Source: Octopus bimaculoides
Taxonomy: Eukaryota
DNA: 39,564 nucleotides
Direction: 5' to 3'
NCBI RefSeq assembly: GCF_001194135.2
Contig: NC_068981.1
Span: 160,908,427 to 160,947,990, forward strand
The position numbers were made by a program, and so were the translations under genes. Below the pieces are notes generated by a model. The model was not told the origin of the DNA. It did not search any database and worked only from the letters and a program-made list of their open reading frames with translations. Positions 11,610-21,845 of this stretch are shown piece after piece. Position 1 is the first letter of the stretch, and the number at the start of each line of letters is the position of its first letter.

Positions 11610-11862
11610 GGAGGCACGTGGCTTGGTGGTTAGGGTGTCAGCACCATGATCGTAAGAATGTGGTTTCGATTCCTGAACTGGGCGACGCATTGTGTTCTTG
11701 AGCAAAACACTTCGTTTCACGTTGCTCCAGTCCACTCAGCTGGCAAAAATGAGTAACGCTGTGATGGACTGGCATCCCGTCCAGCAGGGGAACACATACG
11801 CCATTGAAACTGGGAAACCGCGCCCATGAGCCTGGCTAGGCTTTAAAAGGGCGCATTTATTT
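11610..11862 (+). mobile_element. tRNA-headed SINE (family E)
   Basis: A box TGGCTTGGTGG, B box GGTTTCGATTCC, central TGTGTTCTTGAGCAAAACACTT and GATGGACTGGCATCCCGTCCAG domain, ATTT tail; superfamily not assigned. Confidence 0.7.
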
Positions 11863-12244
11863 ATACTTCTATGTCTTAGGTCTAATGAACCAGAGCAACA
11901 ATTTTCAAATGATCTTAATCCATTGCCCAGTTTAACACTATTACCTGGTCTTTGAGTGCCTCTAGTAGAGTTCATTCTCTAGTAGAGTTCATTCAGGCCA
12001 GGTGTCCAGTTGAGGACACCGCTCTTCCTCCCCCCAGTCTCAAATATCCTGAAAAAAGTCATGGATACTGCCCTGCTCCTTGATTAAGCAATAAAAATAT
12101 TTTCAGAAAAAAAGCAAAAAATTTTAAAATTTTAATGCCATTATTCTTAAGTCTGAAAAATCTGATTGTTCCTCTTTGAGTGACAGAATATATTTGGATT
12201 TTTTTTTCTATACTAATTTTCCTTTCTATTTTTATTTTTCACAG

Positions 12245-12417
12245 GTAGCATTTGTGAATTTGTTTACCAGTGTAAAACTCCTTTTTGTCAAATTCCAGTA
12301 CTTCTTAATAACGGACAGATTACCTTGCTTAACCAAAGCGGCCGTTTAGTCACAATGATACTCTCATGTTTTTCACTTGTGATGAAAACAGATTTATCAG
12401 AAATATCAAAAACTAAA
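12245..12417 (+). CDS. WDR19: WDR19 exon 5 of window (173 nt, phase 1-0)
   Basis: TTTTTCACAG acceptor, GTAAGA donor; (G)SICEFVYQCKTPFCQIPVLLNNGQITLLNQSGRLVTMILS... vs human [41 protein letters not shown]. Confidence 0.9.
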
Positions 12418-12849
12418 GTAAGAAATTATAATCTTATTGTATTTTTTGTAAGCTACAACACTATTTTTATTGTGGAGGTGTATGTTGTGAATGACTTCAC
12501 TCTTAGATGCAAAATTATCTTTAATCTTTTGCCATTACTGTTGTCTCTCCTATTTCTTTCTCTTCTTCCATACTTTCACTCCAGCTACTCTGTTTCTCAC
12601 CTCCTTACTCAGGCATCTTTTCTCTATCTCACCCTAGTTCTTTTGCAGTCACCTTCTTTTCTACCTTTTTTATTCTCATTGTTCCAAAGGAATGATAACA
12701 GTATTGAGCAGTGAGGGCCTGTTTTGCTTTGTGGGGACCAGGAAAACCTCACAGGTTCTGTGAAGTGGTTGCAGAATGAGATAAGGAAACTTAAGGTCGA
12801 GAGGACTCTTTAGTCTTGTCTTGTCTTGACGAGGACAGGTTAAACTCAC

Positions 12850-13080
12850 TAGTGCTGGTGCCATGATAAAATACACCCAGTACACTTTATAAAGTGGTTG
12901 GTGTTAAGGGCATCTAGCCATACAAACTGAACCAAAATCATATGTTTAAGTGAGATATGATTCTCCAATCCATTTAAGAGGGCAGTCACTCCAAATAAAA
13001 GCTGATTTGGATTGTGACAACCTGTCCAACCCATACCAGCAAGGAAAGCTGACATAAAGTGACGAAAATGACAATGAGGT
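12850..13080 (+). mobile_element. Old family A-related copy
   Basis: GTGGTTGGTGTTAAGGGCATCTAGC and GTCCAACCCATACCAGCAAGGAAAGC motifs. Confidence 0.6.
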
Positions 13081-13539
13081 AATACACAGCATTGAATTAG
13101 TTTCAGTAAATTACTCGTGCTTATGATATTCATCACAGCGATTTGGGGATGAAAAACACTAATAGGATAATTAGAAATATGAGACATTTACGAAATTAAA
13201 TCCAACCTTTCTACGCAAATTCTACTAATCTATATACTACAAATCTTATGTATCCTTTTACTCATTTCATTTATTAGACTGCAACAATGTTAAAGCTCTC
13301 TCTTGAAGGGATTGACTCAACCCTGCCAACCTTAGTGCTTATTTTTTTTCAAAGACTGGTACTTACTGATCCCTGTTTGTTGAACTATTAAGCAATGGAA
13401 AATAAACAAGTTATTCGACATAATTAAATGTAGCGATTCTCAAGTGGTGATGATATAAGGACGAACATAGAGACAGATACATAACCCAAACACACGTGCA
13501 CACATACATAGCATAGATATGTAATACACACATCCATAC

Positions 13540-13585
13540 TTGTATATATATGTATATATGTGTATGTGTGTGTGTATATATATAA

Positions 13586-13628
<43 letters not shown>

Positions 13629-13632
13629 TACA

Positions 13633-13665
<33 letters not shown>

Positions 13666-13836
13666 GTGTGTGTACATATATATGTATATACATATATGTA
13701 GTCAATTCAAATAAATGGATAAAAAACGTAAATAAAAGAAGAAAGACAATGAACGTGAAGTTGTGGACAAGAAGTACATACCCAAACACACATGTACACA
13801 TACATAGCATAGATATGTAATACACATACATACTTG

Positions 13837-13905
<69 letters not shown>
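13540..13905. repeat. TA/CA microsatellites with duplicated spacer segments
   Basis: Dinucleotide runs; the segment CCCAAACACAC..CATACATAGCATAGATATGTAATACAC occurs at ~13483 and ~13781. Confidence 0.85.
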
Positions 13906-14075
13906 NNNNNNNNNNNNNNNNNNNNNNNNNNNNNNNNNNNNNNNNNNNNNNNNNNNNNNNNNNNNNNNNNNNNNNNNNNNNNNNNNNNNNNNNNNNNNNN
14001 NNNNNNNNNNNNNNNNNNNNNNNNNNNNNNNNNNNNNNNNNNNNNNNNNNNNNNNNNNNNNNNNNNNNNNNNNNN
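13906..14075. other. Assembly gap (N run)
   Basis: N bases. Confidence 1.
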
Positions 14076-14252
14076 GTAGTGGGTGCTTTTACGTGCCACT
14101 GGCATGAGGGCTAGTCAGGCGGTACTGGCAATGGCCATGCTCAAATGATGTTTTTACGTTTCACCTGCACAGGAGCCAGTCCAGCGGCACTGGCAATGCC
14201 CTCGCTCGAATGTTGTTTTCCACGTATCACCGGCACAAGTGCCAGTAAGGTG
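14076..14252 (-). mobile_element. Family A copy (internal part, tail lost in the gap)
   Basis: GTAGTGGGTGCTTTTACGTGCCACTGGCATGAGGG plus subrepeats. Confidence 0.85.
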
Positions 14253-14253
14253 G

Positions 14254-14293
<40 letters not shown>

Positions 14294-14363
14294 TATATAT
14301 AATAAATGTAGTCAATTCAAATAAACTGATAAAAAAATGAAAATAAAGAAGAAAAACAATGAA

Positions 14364-14671
14364 TGTGAGGACTTGTACAAGAAGTATATTAACTTGCTGC
14401 TTGGTGAAAGAAAAGAGTGTAACATTTTGAGCATAGCTCTTCATTAGAAACAAGAAAGGAAAAAGTCCAAAGGAGGAGAAGAAGAAATTGCCAACAGGCC
14501 ACGTGTAGTTTCATTGCTGAAGTGCAATGTAACTACATGTGGCCCATTGGCAATCTCTTCTCCTCCTCCTTCTTTGGGCTTTTCCCTTTCTCCTTTCTGA
14601 TGAAGTGCTATGCTCAAAACATTAAACTCTCTTCTTTCACTGAGTGTCAAGCTATTGTGCATGTCCTCACA
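14364..14671. repeat. ~308-bp imperfect palindrome, probably Penelope-like element (PLE) related
   Basis: 14364-14517 is the reverse complement of 14524-14671 with scattered mismatches and a 6-nt loop TGAAGT; each arm carries a decayed hammerhead-like core. Confidence 0.85.
14597..14625 (+). ncRNA. Decayed minimal hammerhead-like motif (mirror copy at 14420-14447, - strand)
   Basis: CTGATGA-A-GTGC-TAT-GCTC-AAAACATTA; the GAAAC box is mutated, so probably inactive. Confidence 0.35.
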
Positions 14672-14902
14672 ATATACGAGGTTTTGAGAGGTAATGGTGT
14701 CAGTAAGACCCAAAGGTGTCAGGTAATGCTGAGTAAGTGCTATGGATAGACCATAGTTAAGCTCCAGGTTCGGTGATTATGTGAATAAGGAGTCCAACGT
14801 AGGTCATATATCAGCATGTGTTTATATAAAAAAATTTTTTTTCAGAATGAGATAAAAAAACCAAGGCTGTGAAGATTTTAGAACATTTATAAATAGAAGG
14901 TC

Positions 14903-14946
14903 TTACAGCTGTTTCCAGGATATTTATTATATCCCTTTATCGGAGA
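14903..14946 (-). ncRNA. Decayed minimal hammerhead-like motif
   Basis: - strand CCGATAA-A-GGGATAT-AATAA-ATATCCT-G-GAAACAGCTGTA: 7-bp stem II, intact GAAAC, palindromic ACAGCTGT stem III, GTA triplet; CTGANGA box carries two substitutions. Confidence 0.35.
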
Positions 14947-15245
14947 CGGTGTGAGAAAACGGTTAAGCAATAGTTAATTTAGATAAGATACGAAATAGAG
15001 AGTGAAGTGGAGGAATGAAAATAGATGTGAGATATGCAGGGATATTGCATTTGTAGATCCATTATTTAGGCAGAATGGTATACATATAAGATTCCAATAA
15101 CTTGTGAGTAAAATCCAATAGTATCTAAAATTGGTCATTCCAAGTATAAAGTTTGTACACAGGGCTATTGAATCAAGGGTTTTATTTAAAGTGACCTAAA
15201 AGTAGGGAATGTATTTGTAAGGTCTAAGGTCAAATCGAAAACAGG

Positions 15246-15437
15246 NNNNNNNNNNNNNNNNNNNNNNNNNNNNNNNNNNNNNNNNNNNNNNNNNNNNNNN
15301 NNNNNNNNNNNNNNNNNNNNNNNNNNNNNNNNNNNNNNNNNNNNNNNNNNNNNNNNNNNNNNNNNNNNNNNNNNNNNNNNNNNNNNNNNNNNNNNNNNNN
15401 NNNNNNNNNNNNNNNNNNNNNNNNNNNNNNNNNNNNN
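15246..15437. other. Assembly gap (N run)
   Basis: N bases. Confidence 1.
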
Positions 15438-15860
15438 TAGGAGTGGGTGTGTGGTAAGTAGCTTGCTTATGAACCACATGGTTCTGGGTTCAGTCCCACT
15501 GTGTGGCACTTTGGGCAAGTGTCTTCTACTATAGCCTCGGGCCAACCAAAGTCTTGTGAGTGGATTTGGTAGACGGAAACTGGAAGAAGCCCGTCGTATA
15601 TATGTATATATATATATGTATGTGTGCGTATATGTTTGTGTGTCTGTGTTTGTTCCCTCAACATCGCTTGACAACCGAGGGTGGTGTGTTTACGTCCCCG
15701 TAACTTAGCGGTTCCGCAAAAGAGACCGATAGAATAAGTACTAGGCTTACAAAGAATAAGTCCTGGGGTCTATTTGCTCGACTTAAGGCAAGTCTCCAGC
15801 TTGGCCGCAGTCAAATGACTGAAACAAGTAAAAGAGTAAAAAGTAAAAGAGTAAAAAGTA
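15438..15860 (+). mobile_element. tRNA-headed SINE, family B (internal microsatellite, GTAAAAGA-repeat tail)
   Basis: GGAGTGGGTGTGTGGTAAG A box, GGTTCAGTCCC B-like box, TTGGGCAAGTGTCTTCTACTATAGCC domain; several copies in the window. Confidence 0.85.
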
Positions 15861-15874
15861 ATATATATATATAT

Positions 15875-16020
15875 GGATGATGGGCTTCCACAGTTTTCAT
15901 CTACTAGTTTCACTTACATGGTTTTGGTTAGCCTAAAGCTGTAGTAGATACTTTGCAGTGGGATTGAACCCCAAACCATGTGATTGTGAAGTTAAACTCT
16001 TTACATCACAGCTGTGCTTA
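15875..16020 (-). mobile_element. Old family B 5' half
   Basis: GGGCTTCCACAGTTT..GTAGTAGA..GGGATTGAACCCCAAACCATGTG motifs. Confidence 0.6.
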
Positions 16021-16789
16021 CATCTAAATATGAAGTTTATTATTAAATATCCAATATAAATTCAGCTAGGGATATACAAAGATAATATTCTATTTAAGAA
16101 CTAATTATTTCTGGCAGATGGTTTATGTATTTAAGAGCAATATTAGGTTCTTCACTCCTCTCAGCAACTGAACTTATCAAATTCTACTTCGAACTTGCCT
16201 CTGGGATAATTATTGCCAGCACAAACCATCACTGGTTTTCTTGAATTCCAGATTTTTTACCTTGGAGTTATGGTTATTGATTGGTTTCTGTAGAAACAGC
16301 TGCTTAAGTTTAGAACTATAATGATTGTAAAAATGTCTAATTTTACTTGTGGTGTTTTTGAGCTATTTGTGGCTAAATCTGTCCATTTTAATAAATAATG
16401 CAATTTCTGCTGCAGATTCCCCACCTCCGTCCCTGAGATTTTGATGGAGAAATTATCTTCGTTGGTAGTTAGTTTGAAATTATCAATTTCTGCAGACAGT
16501 GGGTGGTTTTAAGGAAATATCTAAAGATTGAAGCATCAACACTTGTCATTTCATTGTCTTTTTTTAATATTTTTTAACTGAGACTGTAAGATAGATGTTT
16601 TGGGGTTGTTGACTGTAGGGACATCAGTTCAAAACAGCTTGTTATTGTTAGTGTTCTATACCTTCGTTAATGTGATTATGTGTGTGTGTCTCTCTTTCTC
16701 ACTTTCTCTTGCATTCCTATTTCATAGACAAGGGCTTCTTGGTTGGAAAGGAAAGGCATTCAGTTACAATATTACTTGAAAAATTCATA

Positions 16790-17345
16790 TGCACAGGCTG
16801 TGTGGTAAAAATTTTTCTTCCCAGCCTCATGGTTTCAGGTTCAGTTCCACTGCATGCACTAGCGTAGATAGGTAGGGGTAATCCACCCTGGGTGGCACTT
16901 TTAAAGGGGCACCACTTTTGGGTCTGCTGTAGGTAGTATGTGCTTTTTGTGGGGCCTGGAGGTGGAAAATGGAAGGGCTGCCCTGGGTGGCACACTCTAG
17001 CTACACTAGTGACTGCATAGCATCTAGGTTAAGTGTCTTCTACTTTAGCCCTAGGTTAACCAAAGCCTTGTGAATAGATTTGGTAGATAAACACTGAAAG
17101 AATCTCATCTTATGTATATGTGTGTGTGTCTGTCATTTTGTTTGTCCCCCACTATGACTTGACAACTGGTGCTGGTTTGTTTATGTCCCCATAATATAGC
17201 AGTTCAGCAAAAGAAACCAATAGAATAAGTACCAAGCTTAAAAGAAATAAGTATTGAGGATTTATTCATTTGACTAAAATCTTTCAAGACAGTGCCCCAG
17301 GATGGCTACAATCCAATGATTAAAACAAGTAAAAGGTAAAAGATG
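16790..17345 (+). mobile_element. Older family B SINE interrupted by a nested MITE
   Basis: Family B head, body and tail motifs resume after the 16857-17011 insertion. Confidence 0.75.
16857..17011. mobile_element. hAT-like MITE nested in the SINE
   Basis: TIRs CACTAGCGTAGATAG / CTAGCTACACTAGTG (13/15 match); 8-bp TSD ACTGCATG / ACTGCATA. Confidence 0.8.
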
Positions 17346-17437
17346 GAAATATTCAGATTTGTGAATACAATTTGCCCCATGACTACATAAAAATAGCTAA
17401 TTATGAGGATCATTAGAGCTGATGTTTATCACCTGTT

Positions 17438-17635
17438 TTCTCTTTACTTTCTTGTTTCAGTCATTTGACTGTGGCCATGCTGGAGCACCATCTTTAGTCA
17501 AGCAAATCGATCTCGGGACTTATTCTTTGTAAGCCTAGTACTTATTCTATTGGTCTCTTTTGCCGAACTGCTAAGTGACGGGGACATAAGCAGACCAGCA
17601 TCGGTTGTCAAGCAATGCTAGGGGGACAAACACAG

Positions 17636-17666
<31 letters not shown>

Positions 17667-17832
17667 CATATATACGATTGGCTTCTTTCAGTTTCTGTCT
17701 ACCAAATCCACTCACAAGGCTTTGGTCGGCCTGAGACTATAGTAGAAGACACTTGCCCAAGATGCCGCACAGTGTGACTGAACCCGGAACCATGTGGTTG
17801 GTAAGCAAGCTACTTACCACACAACCACTCCT
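17438..17832 (-). mobile_element. Family B SINE, near full length
   Basis: Reverse complement aligns along 15438-15830. Confidence 0.88.
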
Positions 17833-18339
17833 GCACCTCTGTAGTGTTGAGTAGATGAAATATTTTAAAAATCTCCTGGATAGGAATACTGGTCTATTGT
17901 TGGTGACCTTCCCTGCAAGAAGAACTGCAATTGGCACTCTTGATCAATGAAATACTCATTATCTTTACGATGCAGCCATTGCCTACAGTAATGAATTATA
18001 CCATTTTATAGCCTAGCCCATGGGAGAACCTTTATAGATGACCACTTGACTCTCTAAAAATAGATACCAAGTGTCCCTCAACTCAAAACTTTACTACGTT
18101 AAAAGAAGTCATAATGTTTAATAAGTATAATGAAAGTCATAGATCCTCAAAAACAGTGTTTATAGTTAGAGTGTCTTTGATGACGTCTGCTCAATCAATG
18201 TTGACCTTAGGCTAAACAACAATAGTTAGTAAGAGAACCTCTATGTGGTCACTCCATGCTAAAAATAGCAACCAAATCTCTCTGAAATTACGATCTACTG
18301 TCTGCAAAAGGGAAGAACACATTGGATAATATTGCCTAA

Positions 18340-18590
18340 TACTGGTGCCACTAAAAAAAAAAAAAAAAGCACCTAACACACTCTGTAAAGTTGTTGGCAT
18401 TAGGAAGGGCATTCAACTGTAGAAACCAGGCCAAATCAGACTGGAACCTGGTGCTACTTTCTAGCATGCCAGCTCTGGTCAAACCATCCAACCCAAGCCA
18501 GCATGGAAAATGGATATTAAATGATAATGAAGATGATGACGACGACGGTGGCGGTGGCAGTGGTGGTGATGACGGCAACGATGACGATAT
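18340..18590 (+). mobile_element. Family A copy with degenerate (GAT/GAC/GGT)n tail
   Basis: GTTGGCATTAGGAAGGGCATTCAACTGTAGAAACC...CCAACCCAAGCCAGCATGGAAAATGGATATTAAATGAT. Confidence 0.8.
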
Positions 18591-19174
18591 ACAAAAAGAC
18601 ACTGGTCAAGAATGGATTATCTGTGATTGTTGACCTGTAGAATCAGAGTTGATTTGAGGCTAAGCAGGTAACAAAAACAATAAGAGCAACTACCTGATGG
18701 CACTTACAGCTTACTGGATTTAGCTGTTGAGAGTTAAGTGGCCAAAGTTACAATACAACTCTATTTTGCAGTATATCAGTCTCCTTGTCTTGCTCACTTG
18801 GGAAAATTTATAAACAGTTTTAAAGAATAGATATGCCTATCATATCTATGAACAGAGGATCTATATGATTGTAAACATCAATTGAGAATAATTCTAATAA
18901 CTCCACTCTGTTCTTACTCTAACAACTATGGTTTTGAAGCACCTGTCTTCACTGCTAGTTAGGTCATCTAGGTAATAAGAAGCCATCAATTACTTCTATG
19001 GAGCCTTCTCAGCATTTGAAAGACTTTGTTTCATCAGTGCTCTTACTGCTTAGTACTTCTGTACAATTGTATTATATGAAGATTTTTTTTCCTCTGTCAG
19101 CCTACTTGTGATCCCATACTACTCCTTTTGGATCGATAGTTTATATTCAATATACCATATGAAATTCTTACATC

Positions 19175-19424
19175 TTTTATCTTTTACTGGTTTCAGTCAT
19201 TAGACTGTGGCCATGCTTGGGGCACCACCTTGAAAAATTTTTAGTTGAATGAATTGATCTCAGTACATTTTTTTTCAAAGCCTGGTACTTATTCTGTCCC
19301 TCTTTTTTGCNNNNNNNNNNNNNNNNNNNNNNNNNNNNNNNNNNNNNNNNNNNNNNNNNNNNNNNNNNNNNNNNNNNNNNNNNNNNNNNNNNNNNNNNNN
19401 NNNNNNNNNNNNNNNNNNNNNNNN

Positions 19425-19469
<45 letters not shown>

Positions 19470-19615
19470 TGGGTTTCTTTTAGTTTCTGTCAACCAAATC
19501 CACACACAAAGCTTTTGTCAACCAAAGGTTATAGTAGAAGACACTTGCCCCAAATGTCATGCAGTGGGAATGAACCTTGAACCATGGGAAGCAAGCTTCT
19601 TACCACACAGCCACG
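19175..19615 (-). mobile_element. Family B SINE spanning an assembly gap
   Basis: TTTCAGTCATTAGACTGTGGCCATGC tail; ATAGTAGAAGACACTTGCCC head region. Confidence 0.75.
19311..19424. other. Assembly gap (N run)
   Basis: N bases. Confidence 1.
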
Positions 19616-19639
19616 TGCCTATTCATTCTCTATATATTA

Positions 19640-19960
19640 GGTATGGCCACTTTCCAAATGTCAGTAGAGTTCTGTCTTACTTATAACTAAAACTTTTGTC
19701 TTTGCCAAATTTAGTTTGAGGTTTCTTGATTCTAGGCTTTGCTCCCATATTTTGAATTTCTTCTTTAGATCTTTGACTGATTCAGTTATGATACCTAGAT
19801 GATTGGCATCTAGGTAAATAGGAGAGAACTGATAATGGAGTTTTGATGGAACCACCTGTATGCTAAATTTCTTGCTGAGGACATTATCAATCCACACCTT
19901 GCTGATAGCATCTCTGTATGTGGATCACATGAAGTTCTTATGCTGACGTCCTAGATGTAG
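19640..19960 (-). mobile_element. Degraded RTE LINE RT fragment
   Basis: YRDAISKV...; LGIITESVKDLKKKFKIWEQSLESRNLKLNLAKTKVLV...GKWP matches the RTE RT segment after YADD; frameshifted. Confidence 0.75.
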
Positions 19961-20103
19961 GATGGTTGAAGGGGATACAGTTTTGCACTGCCTGCACATG
20001 GGTATGAGTTCAAATCTGCTCCTAGCAGTTCTAGGTAGAACATTAATTATATTATATCTTACATTGTCCCTGTTCACCTAGTTATCAGAAATAGGTACCA
20101 GAG

Positions 20104-20340
20104 GGCGGTGAGCTGGCAGAAGTGTTAGCACGCCAGGCGAAATGCTTAGCAGTATTTCGTCTGCTGTTACTTTCTGAGTTCAAATTCCGCCAAGGTTGAC
20201 TTTGCCTTTCATCCTTTCAGGGTCGATAAATTAAGTACCAGTTATGCACTGGGGTCGATGTAATCGACTTAATCCCTTTGTCTGTCCTTGTTTGTCCCTT
20301 CTATGTTTAGCCCCTTGTGGGCAATAAAGAAATAAGAAAT
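20104..20340 (+). mobile_element. tRNA-headed SINE, family D (CORE-like central domain)
   Basis: GGCGGTGAGCTGGCAGAA head, GAGTTCAAATTCCGCC B box, GACTTTGCCTTTCATCCTTTC..GGTCGATAAA..AAGTACCAG domain. Confidence 0.85.
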
Positions 20341-20677
20341 AGGTACCAGATCATCTTAGAATTTTAACAGCGAGAGCCTTATCATGTTATCTAGAGAGAG
20401 ATTTATCTCTCGTGATAAATGAGGTTATCCTGGATTTAGGAGGTACTTTTTTTTATACCAATATAATTGTTAATGTGTTTACTTTGTAAATGAGGTATGT
20501 TTCATTCTCACTAGAGAAACTTTTCATAATTTTCTCTTTTATCAATTGATGTGTGTGTGTGCATTTCTGTGTATATTTATATGTGTATCTGTATGAGTGA
20601 GTATGTTTGTTTCTGTATATTTCTGGCTATATTAGATATATACTATTTACATTCACACTTGGTTTGTTTCATTTCAG

Positions 20678-20715
20678 CTTCAAGAGAGTCTGGCATTGTG
20701 TATCAAATTAAGAAG
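20678..20715 (+). CDS. WDR19: WDR19 exon 6 of window (38-nt microexon, phase 0-2)
   Basis: TTTCATTTCAG acceptor, GTGAGA donor; LQESLALCIKLR(R) vs human LRPMLAQNLMLKR; phases fit both neighbours. Confidence 0.82.
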
Positions 20716-21243
20716 GTGAGATTCATTTGGGCTTTAGTTATTACTACTGTTGTTTATGCTAGATCAGTCTTGATAAAACAGACATGTAATCAAAAATACA
20801 ATTGTGACCATCCTGCCTTTTTGTATAATGAAGACTACATTATCCAATGTATTCATCAACTTTTTAAAAGTTTGTGGAGTATGGTTAAAGATAATTTGGT
20901 TGCTATTTCTAGCAGCAAAGATTGTTTTCAATCTGCATAGAAGCTCTGTCATTGGCTATGTTCTATAGCTATATTATTACTGTTATCTTTAACTTCAGAT
21001 TATCAATACTGTTGCAGTTATATAGCCTCAGATCATGATTATCCTGTATTTTTATATATCCAGTGCTGAATTTGGCAATGTTTCTATTCTTTTTCAAGAC
21101 AAGAGAGTGGAAATCATCAAGATTTAGCTGTAATATAGCTGGTTGAGTGCCCATGTAAATATTTATTTGCTGTTTTTATATTTTACTCAAACTATCACAA
21201 CAGCATAAAGATATCAGTTTGATAGGGATGTAATGGTAAAAAA

Positions 21244-21498
21244 CTGTGGTTTTCAATCAGGGTTCATATGGTCTTTGCAGGGTCCATATTAAATTTTGTT
21301 GTTAAAATTTATGTGCAATAATTTGTTTATACTTCTACAATGCTGAAGATAGTTTAACAATGTTTTTATAGAATTCCTTAGGATATTTAATTCTAAAAAT
21401 GTAATAGGATTTTTTAAACATTCAATGGTTATGAGGGTTCAACCTTGTAAAATAGGAATGAAAGGGGTTCAGAGATGAAAAGTGGTTGAAAACCACTG
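21244..21498. mobile_element. hAT (Charlie/MER5-like) MITE, same family as 38924-39178
   Basis: CTGTGGTTTTCAA...TTGAAAACCACTG TIRs; the interior aligns with 38924-39178; no TSD recognisable. Confidence 0.75.
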
Positions 21499-21577
21499 AA
21501 AGTAACTATATAACAACTAAAACATTTTTGTTTGAAATTCTGAGGGATTATCCTTATACATGGTGTGTTTCCAAATA

Positions 21578-21616
21578 CTGAAGACGGCCAGAGGGTACAA
21601 CAGCTGAAACATTGTG
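21578..21616 (+). ncRNA. Decayed minimal hammerhead-like motif
   Basis: CTGAAGA-C-GGCC-AGAGGGTACAAC-AGCT-GAAACATTG: both core boxes intact, stem II imperfect. Confidence 0.35.
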
Positions 21617-21666
21617 ACTTCAACAATCAATCAAAATGGGGACCGACCTGACTATACCAGTGTATA

Positions 21667-21845
21667 GTCATGGTTTCTCATTTTGTCACATGCCCAGCAA
21701 AACTGGTGCTTATTATATTGACCTTGAAAGGATGAACGGCAAAGTTGACCTTGGCAGTATTTGAGCTTAGACTGTAAAGAGCTGGAATAAATATTGCAAA
21801 GCATTTTGTCTGATGTGCTAATGATTCTGCTCGATTGCCACTGTT
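21667..21845 (-). mobile_element. Family D-related SINE with 14-bp TSD
   Basis: GAAAGGATGAACGGCAAAGTTGACCTTGGC domain; TATACCAGTGTATA at 21653-21666 and 21846-21859. Confidence 0.8.

Noticed and set aside
11610-11690. tRNA-like A/B boxes (also 15438, 20104, ~24955, ~19970)
   Set aside because: SINE heads without a complete cloverleaf; not tRNA genes.
11960-11993. 17-bp tandem duplication CTCTAGTAGAGTTCATT (similar short duplications at 28466-28499 and ~37657-37690)
   Set aside because: Ordinary slippage duplications; two copies only.
12418-12714. 3' part of the 129-aa ORF 12325..12714 with hydrophobic stretches
   Set aside because: Read-through into a pyrimidine-rich intron past the GTAAGA donor; only 12245-12417 matches WDR19.
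16080-16620. Possible degraded Penelope-like or endonuclease coding remnant on the - strand
   Set aside because: Only vague motifs across several frames with many stops; needs tBLASTx.
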